Source of the DNA: a virus
Virus record (IMG/VR): IMGVR_UViG_3300031507_000013
Span: 1-44,758 of that record
DNA: 44,758 nt
Strand: one strand, 5' to 3'
Below, one piece after another: positions 16,604 through 22,222 of the stretch. Positions within the stretch are counted from its first letter, which is position 1, and each line of letters opens with the position of its first letter. The position numbers and the translations under genes were made by a program. Below the pieces are notes generated by a model. It did not search any database, was not told where the DNA came from, and was given only the letters and a program-made list of their open reading frames with translations.

Positions 16604-16794
16604 AAGATGATCCGTGGCAGGCCGTCAGGAATGTTATTGCGCATGCGATCGAGGGAATTGTTGCTCTCGTCGGCGCGCTCGCCCTCATCGTCATTGTTGG
16701 GATGATGATCGAGTCCAGAGGAACATACGTCGAAGACCATGGACGCTGCCTGAAGCAAGCCACCAACGGCTATGAAATCGAGCGGTGCCGATGA
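16600..16794 (+). CDS. small single-TM protein (64 aa)
   Basis: GTG at 16600 in frame with track ORF 16405..16794. TM segment IEGIVALVGALALIVIVGMMI. C-terminal Cys pair. Confidence 0.4.
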   Translation: MKDDPWQAVRNVIAHAIEGIVALVGALALIVIVGMMIESRGTYVEDHGRCLKQATNGYEIERCR

Positions 16795-16886
16795 GGCAGA
16801 ATTTCAACATCATGCTGTTTTCGATCTTCCTGGTTGGACTGATCATCTCGACCGGACATTCGATCATGCAGCATTGGCCATGGTAA
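16791..16886 (+). CDS. micro-ORF, single TM (31 aa)
   Basis: ATGA overlap with the upstream stop. MRQNFNIMLFSIFLVGLIISTGHSIMQHWPW. It competes with the N-terminal part of track ORF 16772..16999. Confidence 0.25.
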   Translation: MRQNFNIMLFSIFLVGLIISTGHSIMQHWPW

Positions 16887-16999
16887 ACGTAGTGCGCTGG
16901 CTGATGATCATAGCGGCCATCCTGCTATCTCCGTTCTATGCGCTGTGGGTGGGGTGCGGCTGGATCGCTGATCAGTTGGAGCGCAAACGATGGGCATAG
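16880..16999 (+). CDS. micro-ORF, single TM (39 aa)
   Basis: ATG at 16880 overlaps the previous TAA (ATGGTAA). MVNVVRWLMIIAAILLSPFYALWVGCGWIADQLERKRWA. It may instead start at 16772. Confidence 0.35.
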   Translation: MVNVVRWLMIIAAILLSPFYALWVGCGWIADQLERKRWA

Positions 17000-17052
17000 T
17001 CGCCTATACCATCCTGATCCTCATCCTGATAGCGGTTTTCGATCGAGGATGA
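16990..17052 (+). CDS. micro-ORF, hydrophobic (20 aa)
   Basis: ATG overlaps the 3' end of the previous ORF. MGIVAYTILILILIAVFDRG. It is the last plus-strand ORF before the convergent junction. Confidence 0.2.
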   Translation: MGIVAYTILILILIAVFDRG

Positions 17053-17063
17053 GTTCTTAGTTG

Positions 17064-17079
17064 TAGCTTATTAAAGCTA
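17064..17079. terminator. weak AT-rich hairpin at the convergent late/early junction
   Basis: tagctt-atta-aagcta followed by tttcgtatt on the plus strand. It lies between the last plus ORF (17052) and the stop of the last minus ORF (17077). Confidence 0.3.
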
Positions 17080-17253
17080 TTTCGTATTCAGCCACGCCAG
17101 CATATCGTCGGCATTGTCGAACGATGCTTCCGGCGGCTCTTTGTCGGCGGCCAAGATTTCCTTGACAAACTCTCGCCTGATCTTCTTCGCTGGCCACCGC
17201 TTTGGCTTCTTCGGATCGCCGTAACTCGCGACCACCTTCGGTTTCTTGGTCAT
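17077..17253 (-). CDS. small basic protein (58 aa)
   Basis: MTKKPKVVASYGDPKKPKRWPAKKIRREFVKEIL... It is the last gene of the minus-strand operon. It is below the length of the shortest ORFs in the supplied track and was found by reading the strand. Confidence 0.45.
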   Translation of the reverse strand: MTKKPKVVASYGDPKKPKRWPAKKIRREFVKEILAADKEPPEASFDNADDMLAWLNTK

Positions 17254-17268
17254 AGCTTTATCTCACCG

Positions 17269-17529
17269 TTAATGAAATCTCTCAGGCGAGCCATATGTCT
17301 GGTCCATGATTTTATCCAAACCACCTCGGCGCCATCTCTCAATGCGCTCGCACCACTCGCCCTCGCACTCTTCGCAGCAATCGCCGTAATAGTGGCGTTC
17401 TTCAGGGGTCAGAACAGCGCCACACCCATCAACCGGGTGGCGACCTTGGCAAACAAGGTTCTCCGTAGCTGAGCAATAGGTGCTCAGATCATCCGCCTCA
17501 TGCTCGCACTTCGGACAGCGTTGTGTCAT
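17269..17529 (-). CDS. Cys-rich small protein, zinc-ribbon-like (86 aa)
   Basis: CPKCEHE...CSATENLVCQGRHPVDGCG...CCEECEGEWC. Confidence 0.55.
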   Translation of the reverse strand: MTQRCPKCEHEADDLSTYCSATENLVCQGRHPVDGCGAVLTPEERHYYGDCCEECEGEWCERIERWRRGGLDKIMDQTYGSPERFH

Positions 17530-17544
17530 CGTTGCTGCTCACCG

Positions 17545-17634
17545 TTACTGAAAAGCGGCCCAGCCGATCATACCGAGCGCGGCAATCACGGAAGCCACCA
17601 GAATCCAAACAGCAATGATCTTGCCCTTGGTCAT
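17545..17634 (-). CDS. micro-ORF, single TM (29 aa)
   Basis: MTKGKIIAVWILVASVIAALGMIGWAAFQ. It fills the gap between two track ORFs. Confidence 0.3.
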   Translation of the reverse strand: MTKGKIIAVWILVASVIAALGMIGWAAFQ

Positions 17635-17636
17635 CG

Positions 17637-17831
17637 TCAACGCAAGTCCTTCTCTTCCAGAGGAACAACCTTAAACCCTAGCAGCCAAAGCCGGGCCAGC
17701 ATATCATCTGTCAGGACGTCGCCCATCGGTTCCATGCAATAGGATAGAGCGGCAGCCATAGCCTCGCGAGCGCCGTTTCCTAGGTTCGGCGGCGGCCGGC
17801 GTTCGTTGAGGTTGATGACGTTGTCGGTCAT
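17637..17831 (-). CDS. hypothetical protein (64 aa)
   Basis: Track ORF in operon register. No motif recognised. Confidence 0.5.
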   Translation of the reverse strand: MTDNVINLNERRPPPNLGNGAREAMAAALSYCMEPMGDVLTDDMLARLWLLGFKVVPLEEKDLR

Positions 17832-17837
17832 GTGATG

Positions 17838-18041
17838 TTAAGGCAAGGACCGACGAGCAAGTGTGCGACACCGCACGCAGTCGTCGTTCTGGTGCCATGT
17901 TGACGATCCGCACTTGTCACAGTGTGCAGTTCTCACATAGCCAGACAACCGGTTAACGCATTCTGTATCTGGTTCCACGAGCATAGCGCACCGCCCTTTA
18001 GGGCAATCACAGTTCTCGTTGTGGATGGTCGGGACCGTCAT
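17838..18041 (-). CDS. Cys-rich small protein (67 aa)
   Basis: NCDCPKGRC...ECV...HCDKCGSSTWHQNDDCVRC. Confidence 0.5.
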   Translation of the reverse strand: MTVPTIHNENCDCPKGRCAMLVEPDTECVNRLSGYVRTAHCDKCGSSTWHQNDDCVRCRTLARRSLP

Positions 18042-18226
18042 GTTTTCCCTGACTGCTGATGAATGAAAGCGTCATCGCGACGCTCTGCCTCGATATAGCG
18101 CCTGATAGCTTCTCGGCTGATCTTGCCGGCGATGCGCCCGCACTTCAGACACTCGCCCCAGACGTGGGTGTCATCGTCCCTCTGGACCATTCCGCACCAT
18201 CCCAGCCAGCATTTCAATTTCATCAT
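18038..18226 (-). CDS. Cys-rich small protein, zinc-ribbon-like (62 aa)
   Basis: KCWLGWCG...WGECLKCG. ATGA-type overlap with the next gene. Confidence 0.5.
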   Translation of the reverse strand: MMKLKCWLGWCGMVQRDDDTHVWGECLKCGRIAGKISREAIRRYIEAERRDDAFIHQQSGKT

Positions 18227-18229
18227 TAA

Positions 18230-18412
18230 CTACCTATGAATACGAGGCTTAAGTTCGTAATGCGTCATGATAGCAACCGCGATATCGTAGCACCGACAAT
18301 GAACTGGCGGGTCGCAATTGCGACGGAATGTCGTCTTGTCATGGTAGCAAAGATGGCTCCCCCACTCGTCGGCGACCTTCTTTCGTATCTCGTCAATCTT
18401 TGGCTCTGCCAT
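18230..18412 (-). CDS. hypothetical small protein (60 aa)
   Basis: Track ORF in operon register. Contains the Cys/His-containing stretch HLCYHDKTTFRRNCDPPVHCRCY. Confidence 0.5.
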   Translation of the reverse strand: MAEPKIDEIRKKVADEWGSHLCYHDKTTFRRNCDPPVHCRCYDIAVAIMTHYELKPRIHR

Positions 18413-18428
18413 TTGTCCTACCTGTCTA

Positions 18429-18620
18429 TTAACGCTGAGCCTTCGCGTGGCCCTTCAAATAGGCGATGGCCTTTTCGCGGTCCTCATCTTCCATATGATA
18501 GAACCGGCCATCAGAAGCGCGTGCCTCGATGCGCTTGATCAGCCCCCAGATGGAGTCGGCTTCCTTGGCAATCCGCTCCTCGGCCGTCTTAGGAATGTCC
18601 AAATCGATTGTCTTGCTCAC
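18429..18620 (-). CDS. hypothetical small protein (63 aa)
   Basis: GTG start overlapping the upstream stop (GTGA). Confidence 0.5.
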   Translation of the reverse strand: MSKTIDLDIPKTAEERIAKEADSIWGLIKRIEARASDGRFYHMEDEDREKAIAYLKGHAKAQR

Positions 18621-18772
18621 GATCGCATTTCCTTCCTGATCTCAAGCTTGGCCTTCATGCGGGCCGCAGTCTTACCAGCATTCTTGTTCGACCCGGCGTT
18701 CTTCTTGCTGTACTTGCCCTGGCAGCAAGGGCAACGCCGCAGGCGAGTGACTTCGGAGTGGAGAGGCTTCAT
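18617..18772 (-). CDS. small basic protein (51 aa)
   Basis: MKPLHSEVTRLRRCPCCQGKYSKKNAGSNKNAGKTAARMKAKLEIRKEMRS. ATGA overlap upstream and GTGA overlap downstream. Confidence 0.4.
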   Translation of the reverse strand: MKPLHSEVTRLRRCPCCQGKYSKKNAGSNKNAGKTAARMKAKLEIRKEMRS

Positions 18773-19095
18773 GATGTTTCCCCTGACGACGCGTTAAAGC
18801 TAGAGCCTGCGAATGCTGCCGTTCGGCATGATCTCGATCGGCGTATCGTCTTCGCTATTGAGAAGCGCTTGGAGATCTGCGATCGTTGGTACGGGCTTGA
18901 ACGGATCAGTCCCGCCGGCTTCCAGCCATCCATGCATAAAAGCCGCCCATAGCGATCCGTCCATAGCTTCATGCTCTTGATCTGGAATCCCTTGGCGACC
19001 ATGTCGGTGCGGGCCTGCCAGCGGGCCTCGTGGCCGTTGCGACGTTTCTTCCAGACGAGACCTGGCGCACTACGCACCTTCACCGGCTTGGTCAT
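18769..19095 (-). CDS. hypothetical protein; only the N-terminal ~50 codons look genuine (possible integrase arm-domain remnant or frameshifted gene)
   Basis: The ATG at 19095 is in an ATGA overlap with the upstream HTH gene. MTKPVKVRSAPGLVWKKRRNGHEARWQARTDMVAKGFQIKSMKLW looks protein-like. The remainder is Arg/Ser-rich and looks out of frame. Confidence 0.35.
   Translation of the reverse strand: MTKPVKVRSAPGLVWKKRRNGHEARWQARTDMVAKGFQIKSMKLWTDRYGRLLCMDGWKPAGLIRSSPYQRSQISKRFSIAKTIRRSRSCRTAAFAGSSFNASSGETS
18800..18964 (-). CDS. alternative-frame ORF (54 aa) overlapping the 3' half of 18769..19095
   Basis: MDGSLWAAFMHGWLEAGGTDPFKPVPTIADLQALLNSEDDTPIEIMPNGSIRRL is compositionally far more protein-like than the overlapping frame. 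Confidence 0.35.
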   Translation of the reverse strand: MDGSLWAAFMHGWLEAGGTDPFKPVPTIADLQALLNSEDDTPIEIMPNGSIRRL

Positions 19096-19277
19096 TTCAC
19101 GTCCTCGGGCTTTAGCTTCAGCTTGATGCAGAGACGCAGGAGTTTGGCGACTGGCTCGGGCGGCCCTTTGGTAGCGTAATTCTGGCCAGTGCGGCCAGTA
19201 ACGCCGAGCCATTCCCCGGCGCTCTCTTGCGAGAGGCCGAGGGTCTTGATGGCGGCTTTGTATTGGATCGGGGTCAT
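19092..19277 (-). CDS. small HTH DNA-binding protein (61 aa)
   Basis: The HTH-like segment is LGLSQESAGEWLGVTGRTGQNYATKG. It is coupled by ATGA overlaps on both sides. Confidence 0.6.
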   Translation of the reverse strand: MTPIQYKAAIKTLGLSQESAGEWLGVTGRTGQNYATKGPPEPVAKLLRLCIKLKLKPEDVK

Positions 19278-19453
19278 TCGGGACGGCGGCGGGTGAGTTC
19301 ACCGATGATGCGGCCGGTGCCATCGCTGAGTTCAGCGGTGCAGCCGTTGCAGAAAACAACGGTGAAGGCTTCGCCAGTGAAACGGCAGTAGACGGTTTCA
19401 CCAATGTGGAAGGCGGGGCCGTTGAAGGTTCCGATGGGGTGGGTGAGGGACAT
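19274..19453 (-). CDS. small hypothetical protein (59 aa), first gene behind a palindrome-rich promoter
   Basis: MSLTHPIGTFNGPAFHIGETVYCRFTGEAFTVVFCNGCTAELSDGTGRIIGELTRRRPE. GGAG RBS 9 nt upstream. Not in the supplied track (shorter than any ORF listed there). Confidence 0.45.
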   Translation of the reverse strand: MSLTHPIGTFNGPAFHIGETVYCRFTGEAFTVVFCNGCTAELSDGTGRIIGELTRRRPE

Positions 19454-19480
19454 TTTATATGCTCCGTTGCTGACGATCCC

Positions 19481-19528
19481 TACATACGAACATATTTCGT
19501 ATTACGCAAGTCTTTCGTATTCACGAAA
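19481..19528 (-). promoter_or_regulatory. sigma70-like promoter with two palindromic operator-like sites
   Basis: On the minus strand: TTTCGTgaatACGAAA (19513..19528), then -35 TTGCGT (19504..19509), a 17-nt spacer, and -10 TATGTA (19481..19486). The palindrome ATACGAA-N5-TTCGTAT (19484..19502) spans the spacer and the -10. Confidence 0.5.
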
Positions 19529-19760
19529 TGTTACGATCCACCTTAAGCCCGTTCGTCCGGTCGAGGTAAGCCTTCACAGCGGGCCAATACCGCCGATTTC
19601 CCCACAAAGCTTTCTTCTGTGGGAAGTTGGAACTGCGGTCCCGGTCGAGTGCGTGGATCGCGGCATATGCGATCTTCTCCGGAACGCCCATGCGCCGGAT
19701 CAGCTCTGCGTCAGTGACGTACAGACCTTCGTATGCGGTTTCAGTGGCCTGCTCGCTCAT
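19521..19760 (-). CDS. winged-helix DNA-binding protein, excisionase-like family (79 aa)
   Basis: LYVTDAELIRRMGVPEKIAYAAIHALD...ALWGNRRYWPAVKAYLD resembles a family I recall beside integrases in Rhizobiales prophages (unverified). Confidence 0.5.
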   Translation of the reverse strand: MSEQATETAYEGLYVTDAELIRRMGVPEKIAYAAIHALDRDRSSNFPQKKALWGNRRYWPAVKAYLDRTNGLKVDRNIS

Positions 19761-20209
19761 GGCCGCCTCTCCCGATAAACCTTCTGCGGTGTCTCTACCG
19801 CTCTAGCTACATCCCACCCTCGTTTAATTCGAGTTCTGGCTACGTTTCTCCGAACGATCCTTCCGGCCAGGATGACGGCGTACTCTAGACTAAGCTCTTG
19901 TGCTCGGTAGACGACCAGAAGCGTGTTGCGCCGATTGTTCTGCTGCTCTTTGCGGGTTGCCCACCGGCAATTCGTCGGCTCGTAATCCTTATCTGTGTCG
20001 ATCCGGTCAAGCGTATGCGCTCGGGATGGTTTTGAACCCATATCGGCAAAGAAATTCTCAAAGCTCACCTTCCATCGATCGCAGACCCTGATCCCGCGCC
20101 CGCCATAATCACCGAACTGTTTGTAGGTCGGCCGATAGCAGCGCGTCTTCATGCTGATCCATGCGCGGTATTCCGGGACGGTGTACATTCCATGGGTCGG
20201 CGCCGGCAT
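19757..20209 (-). CDS. HNH-like nuclease / DNA-binding protein (150 aa)
   Basis: YRAWISMKTRCYRPTYKQFGDYGGRGIRVCDRW...HTLDRIDTDKDYEPTNCRWATRKEQQNNRRN, a pattern common in phage proteins annotated as HNH endonucleases. Confidence 0.5.
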   Translation of the reverse strand: MPAPTHGMYTVPEYRAWISMKTRCYRPTYKQFGDYGGRGIRVCDRWKVSFENFFADMGSKPSRAHTLDRIDTDKDYEPTNCRWATRKEQQNNRRNTLLVVYRAQELSLEYAVILAGRIVRRNVARTRIKRGWDVARAVETPQKVYRERRP

Positions 20210-20269
20210 GAGATGTTTCCTAGTTAGAGAGTCTCTCGGGTGTCATGGTCGAGTGTGTCGGACATATTG

Positions 20270-20437
20270 TCACTCAGAATCCATGGCCTTGGTGATGCAC
20301 CTCTCGGCTCTCTCGATAAGGAAACGAATGCGCCTGACCTGCCCGGTTGCGCCCGGGTTCAGTTCTTCGAGCATTCCGGTGATCTCCTCGACGACATCAA
20401 GAAGGTCGTTGATGGCGAGGTGACTGTTCTTAGTCAT
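20270..20437 (-). CDS. small acidic helical protein (55 aa)
   Basis: MTKNSHLAINDLLDVVEEITGMLEELNPGATGQVRRIRFLIERAERCITKAMDSE. AGAAGGAAAG RBS upstream. Not in the supplied track (shorter than any ORF listed there). Confidence 0.45.
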   Translation of the reverse strand: MTKNSHLAINDLLDVVEEITGMLEELNPGATGQVRRIRFLIERAERCITKAMDSE

Positions 20438-20457
20438 CTACTTTCCTTCTCAGTTCG

Positions 20458-20664
20458 TTAACGGCGACGTTGCGGCGATGCGTCGTGATCGCGCAGTGCA
20501 CGCCTGACTTTTCGCCATGGGATAATCGTCTGCTCAGCCGGATTTCCATCCGGCATTCGTTGGCATATGATGAGGCCCTTCCGCTGCACGTAATACCAAA
20601 ACCTGTCGTTGATATCGTGCGGATCAGTAGGATAGCCGAGGTAGTCAAATATTCGACGCGCCAT
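20458..20664 (-). CDS. hypothetical protein (68 aa)
   Basis: Track ORF in operon register. Confidence 0.5.
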   Translation of the reverse strand: MARRIFDYLGYPTDPHDINDRFWYYVQRKGLIICQRMPDGNPAEQTIIPWRKVRRALRDHDASPQRRR

Positions 20665-20669
20665 GTGCT

Positions 20670-20852
20670 TTAACCCGAGGGTAAGGTGAGTGAGTTATGA
20701 GCCCTGATGGCATCTAGCTTCCGGCCCTCGCACGAGCTGATGTGATCGCATCTGTCGCACTCAACGCGAGACCATCCGCTCTCATACGTGTAGCAAGCCA
20801 CGGGGGCACCGCATTTCTGGCATGGCTTCATCTTGGGATAGGTCATTTGCAT
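20670..20852 (-). CDS. Lar-like zinc-ribbon protein (possible restriction alleviation), 60 aa
   Basis: Start at the internal ATG in a TAATG overlap. MKPCQKCGAPVACYTYESGWSRVECDRCDH...DAIRAHN is loosely like the Lar pattern (PCxxCG...C..C...AI..WN). Confidence 0.4.
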   Translation of the reverse strand: MQMTYPKMKPCQKCGAPVACYTYESGWSRVECDRCDHISSCEGRKLDAIRAHNSLTLPSG

Positions 20853-21241
20853 TATCCAGTGGTTAATGTGATTTTGCGGCTCGCGTTGTGTTTGTCGATC
20901 GCTACCATCCGGCGCAGGAAGCCGAACATGAGGCCTCGCGTTTCCTCGTGCGCTCTCCACGTTGCGCCTCTGACATTCTCCTTCAGATCGTCATGAAGGT
21001 TGCCATGCGCCCAGCACACGCAGGGAAGATTGTTTTTTACCCACGTCCTCAGGTCAACGCAGTGAGAGCACGTCTTGAAATTGTCGGCGCGGCCGTCCCA
21101 GACGCCGAAGACATATTCGTATGTCTCGCCGGGCAGTATGACGCCGCTGCACTCATAGCATTTGTGCTGCTTGCGAGCTTTGCGGCGCGCGGCGTTGTAG
21201 ACCGCAGCCGGCTCGTAGTCACAGGAGCAATCGTAATCCAT
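20852..21241 (-). CDS. Cys-rich hypothetical protein (129 aa)
   Basis: CSCDYE...HKCYECSG...CSHCVDL...CVCWAHG. Confidence 0.6.
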   Translation of the reverse strand: MDYDCSCDYEPAAVYNAARRKARKQHKCYECSGVILPGETYEYVFGVWDGRADNFKTCSHCVDLRTWVKNNLPCVCWAHGNLHDDLKENVRGATWRAHEETRGLMFGFLRRMVAIDKHNASRKITLTTG

Positions 21242-21256
21242 GGCTTTATCAACTCG

Positions 21257-21469
21257 TTAACGAACACCAGTGACGAGCGTAACTACCGGATTGCCAACAA
21301 CCCGCACACCACGCTCTTTCTGGAATAGGATGTGGAGGCGCTGCACCGCTTCCTCGCCGGCTGCTTTGAAAATCTGTTCCGCAGACGACTCCACTTGCCA
21401 AGATGCAGCATCGACTTCGACGGTCAGTGATACTCGCGCCGTTGCGAACAATTCTTTCTTCTCAGTCAT
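21257..21469 (-). CDS. hypothetical protein (70 aa)
   Basis: Track ORF preceded by the conserved 16-nt element ACACCACTTAAGGAAA. Confidence 0.55.
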   Translation of the reverse strand: MTEKKELFATARVSLTVEVDAASWQVESSAEQIFKAAGEEAVQRLHILFQKERGVRVVGNPVVTLVTGVR

Positions 21470-21560
21470 GCTGGTTTCCTTAAGTGGTGTGGCGTTTACC
21501 TCGTTAATGCGAGGTGGGCGGGATCATGACCCATGGTGCCTGCCGCCCGCCCATCCTCTA

Positions 21561-21578
21561 CCGCTGATCGATCAGCGG
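21561..21578. repeat. perfect 18-bp palindrome CCGCTGATCGATCAGCGG
   Basis: It spans the stop codon of 21572..21769. A second GC-rich inverted repeat, GGGCGGG-N23-CCCGCCC, lies 10 nt away in the 100-nt intergenic gap. Confidence 0.8.
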
Positions 21579-21769
21579 ATTTCTGTAGCGCTCAAATGGT
21601 TCTTGCGCGGGCAAGTAGGGCTCTCACAAGTTTTCTCGCTCGTCGGCGGACAGATGCAGCCGGTTGGATAAATCACAGGCGCTTGCGGGAGTGTGAACAC
21701 CGGCTGACCCGGAAAATATCCAGGATTGCAGATCGGGCAAGGATGGCTTGGGTAATAATGCGCTGACAT
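21572..21769 (-). CDS. Cys/Pro-rich small protein (65 aa)
   Basis: Start at the internal ATG (21769), preceded by the same 16-nt element ACACCACTTAAGGAAA. Sequence contains HPCPICNPGYFPG...GCICPP...CESPTCP. Confidence 0.45.
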   Translation of the reverse strand: MSAHYYPSHPCPICNPGYFPGQPVFTLPQAPVIYPTGCICPPTSEKTCESPTCPRKNHLSATEIR

Positions 21770-21800
21770 CTCTGCTTTCCTTAAGTGGTGTACAATGCTG

Positions 21801-22025
21801 TCACGGATTGAGGACGTAGATTTCCTGCACAAAATGCAGTGGAATAATCACGTCGGCGCTGTCGTCCTCAAAGATGATGTTGGCGACCAGATAGAAGCCC
21901 ATGGGGCCGGGGAGCTGATTGACCCCAATGCTCATGATGCCTTTGACTCCCGCTCTATAATGGTCGCCAGCCGGCGTGATGACGCCAAGCAGCCGATCTC
22001 CAACGCGCAATAGCTCTTTGCTCAC
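21801..22025 (-). CDS. hypothetical protein (74 aa)
   Basis: GTG at 22025 lies 3 nt after the upstream stop, with a GGGAGA RBS. The ATG at 22070 would overlap the upstream gene by 43 nt. Confidence 0.5.
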   Translation of the reverse strand: MSKELLRVGDRLLGVITPAGDHYRAGVKGIMSIGVNQLPGPMGFYLVANIIFEDDSADVIIPLHFVQEIYVLNP

Positions 22026-22027
22026 TT

Positions 22028-22222
22028 CTATTCTCCCTGTGCGGTCTTTAATGAATCTTCCGGATAGCAAAACGACTTGCTATAGCCGATCGCGCTTTTG
22101 GTGCCGTCCTTCAATACGATCCACCAATGGCCGCCGCGGCCCTCGCCAGTGATGAGACCATTGAAGGCTGGCCGCTGGTCGCACCTCACCGTTACGCGAT
22201 CGCCCTTCTTAAGATCGTTCAT
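22028..22222 (-). CDS. hypothetical small protein (64 aa)
   Basis: Internal ATG at 22222 (MNDLKKGDRVTVRCDQ...). It overlaps the methyltransferase 3' end by 14 nt. Confidence 0.5.
   Translation of the reverse strand: MNDLKKGDRVTVRCDQRPAFNGLITGEGRGGHWWIVLKDGTKSAIGYSKSFCYPEDSLKTAQGE

Noticed and set aside
16772-16879. N-terminal 36 codons of track ORF 16772..16999
   Set aside because: This part is hydrophilic and overlaps both the previous gene and the ATGA-coupled micro-ORF 16791..16886. An internal start at 16880 fits the chain of coupled hydrophobic ORFs better. This remains uncertain.
19096-19404. Upstream part of the 211-aa track ORF 18769..19404
   Set aside because: It overlaps two better-supported, translationally coupled genes (19092..19277 and 19274..19453) in other frames, and it is Ala/Pro/Ser/Arg-rich.
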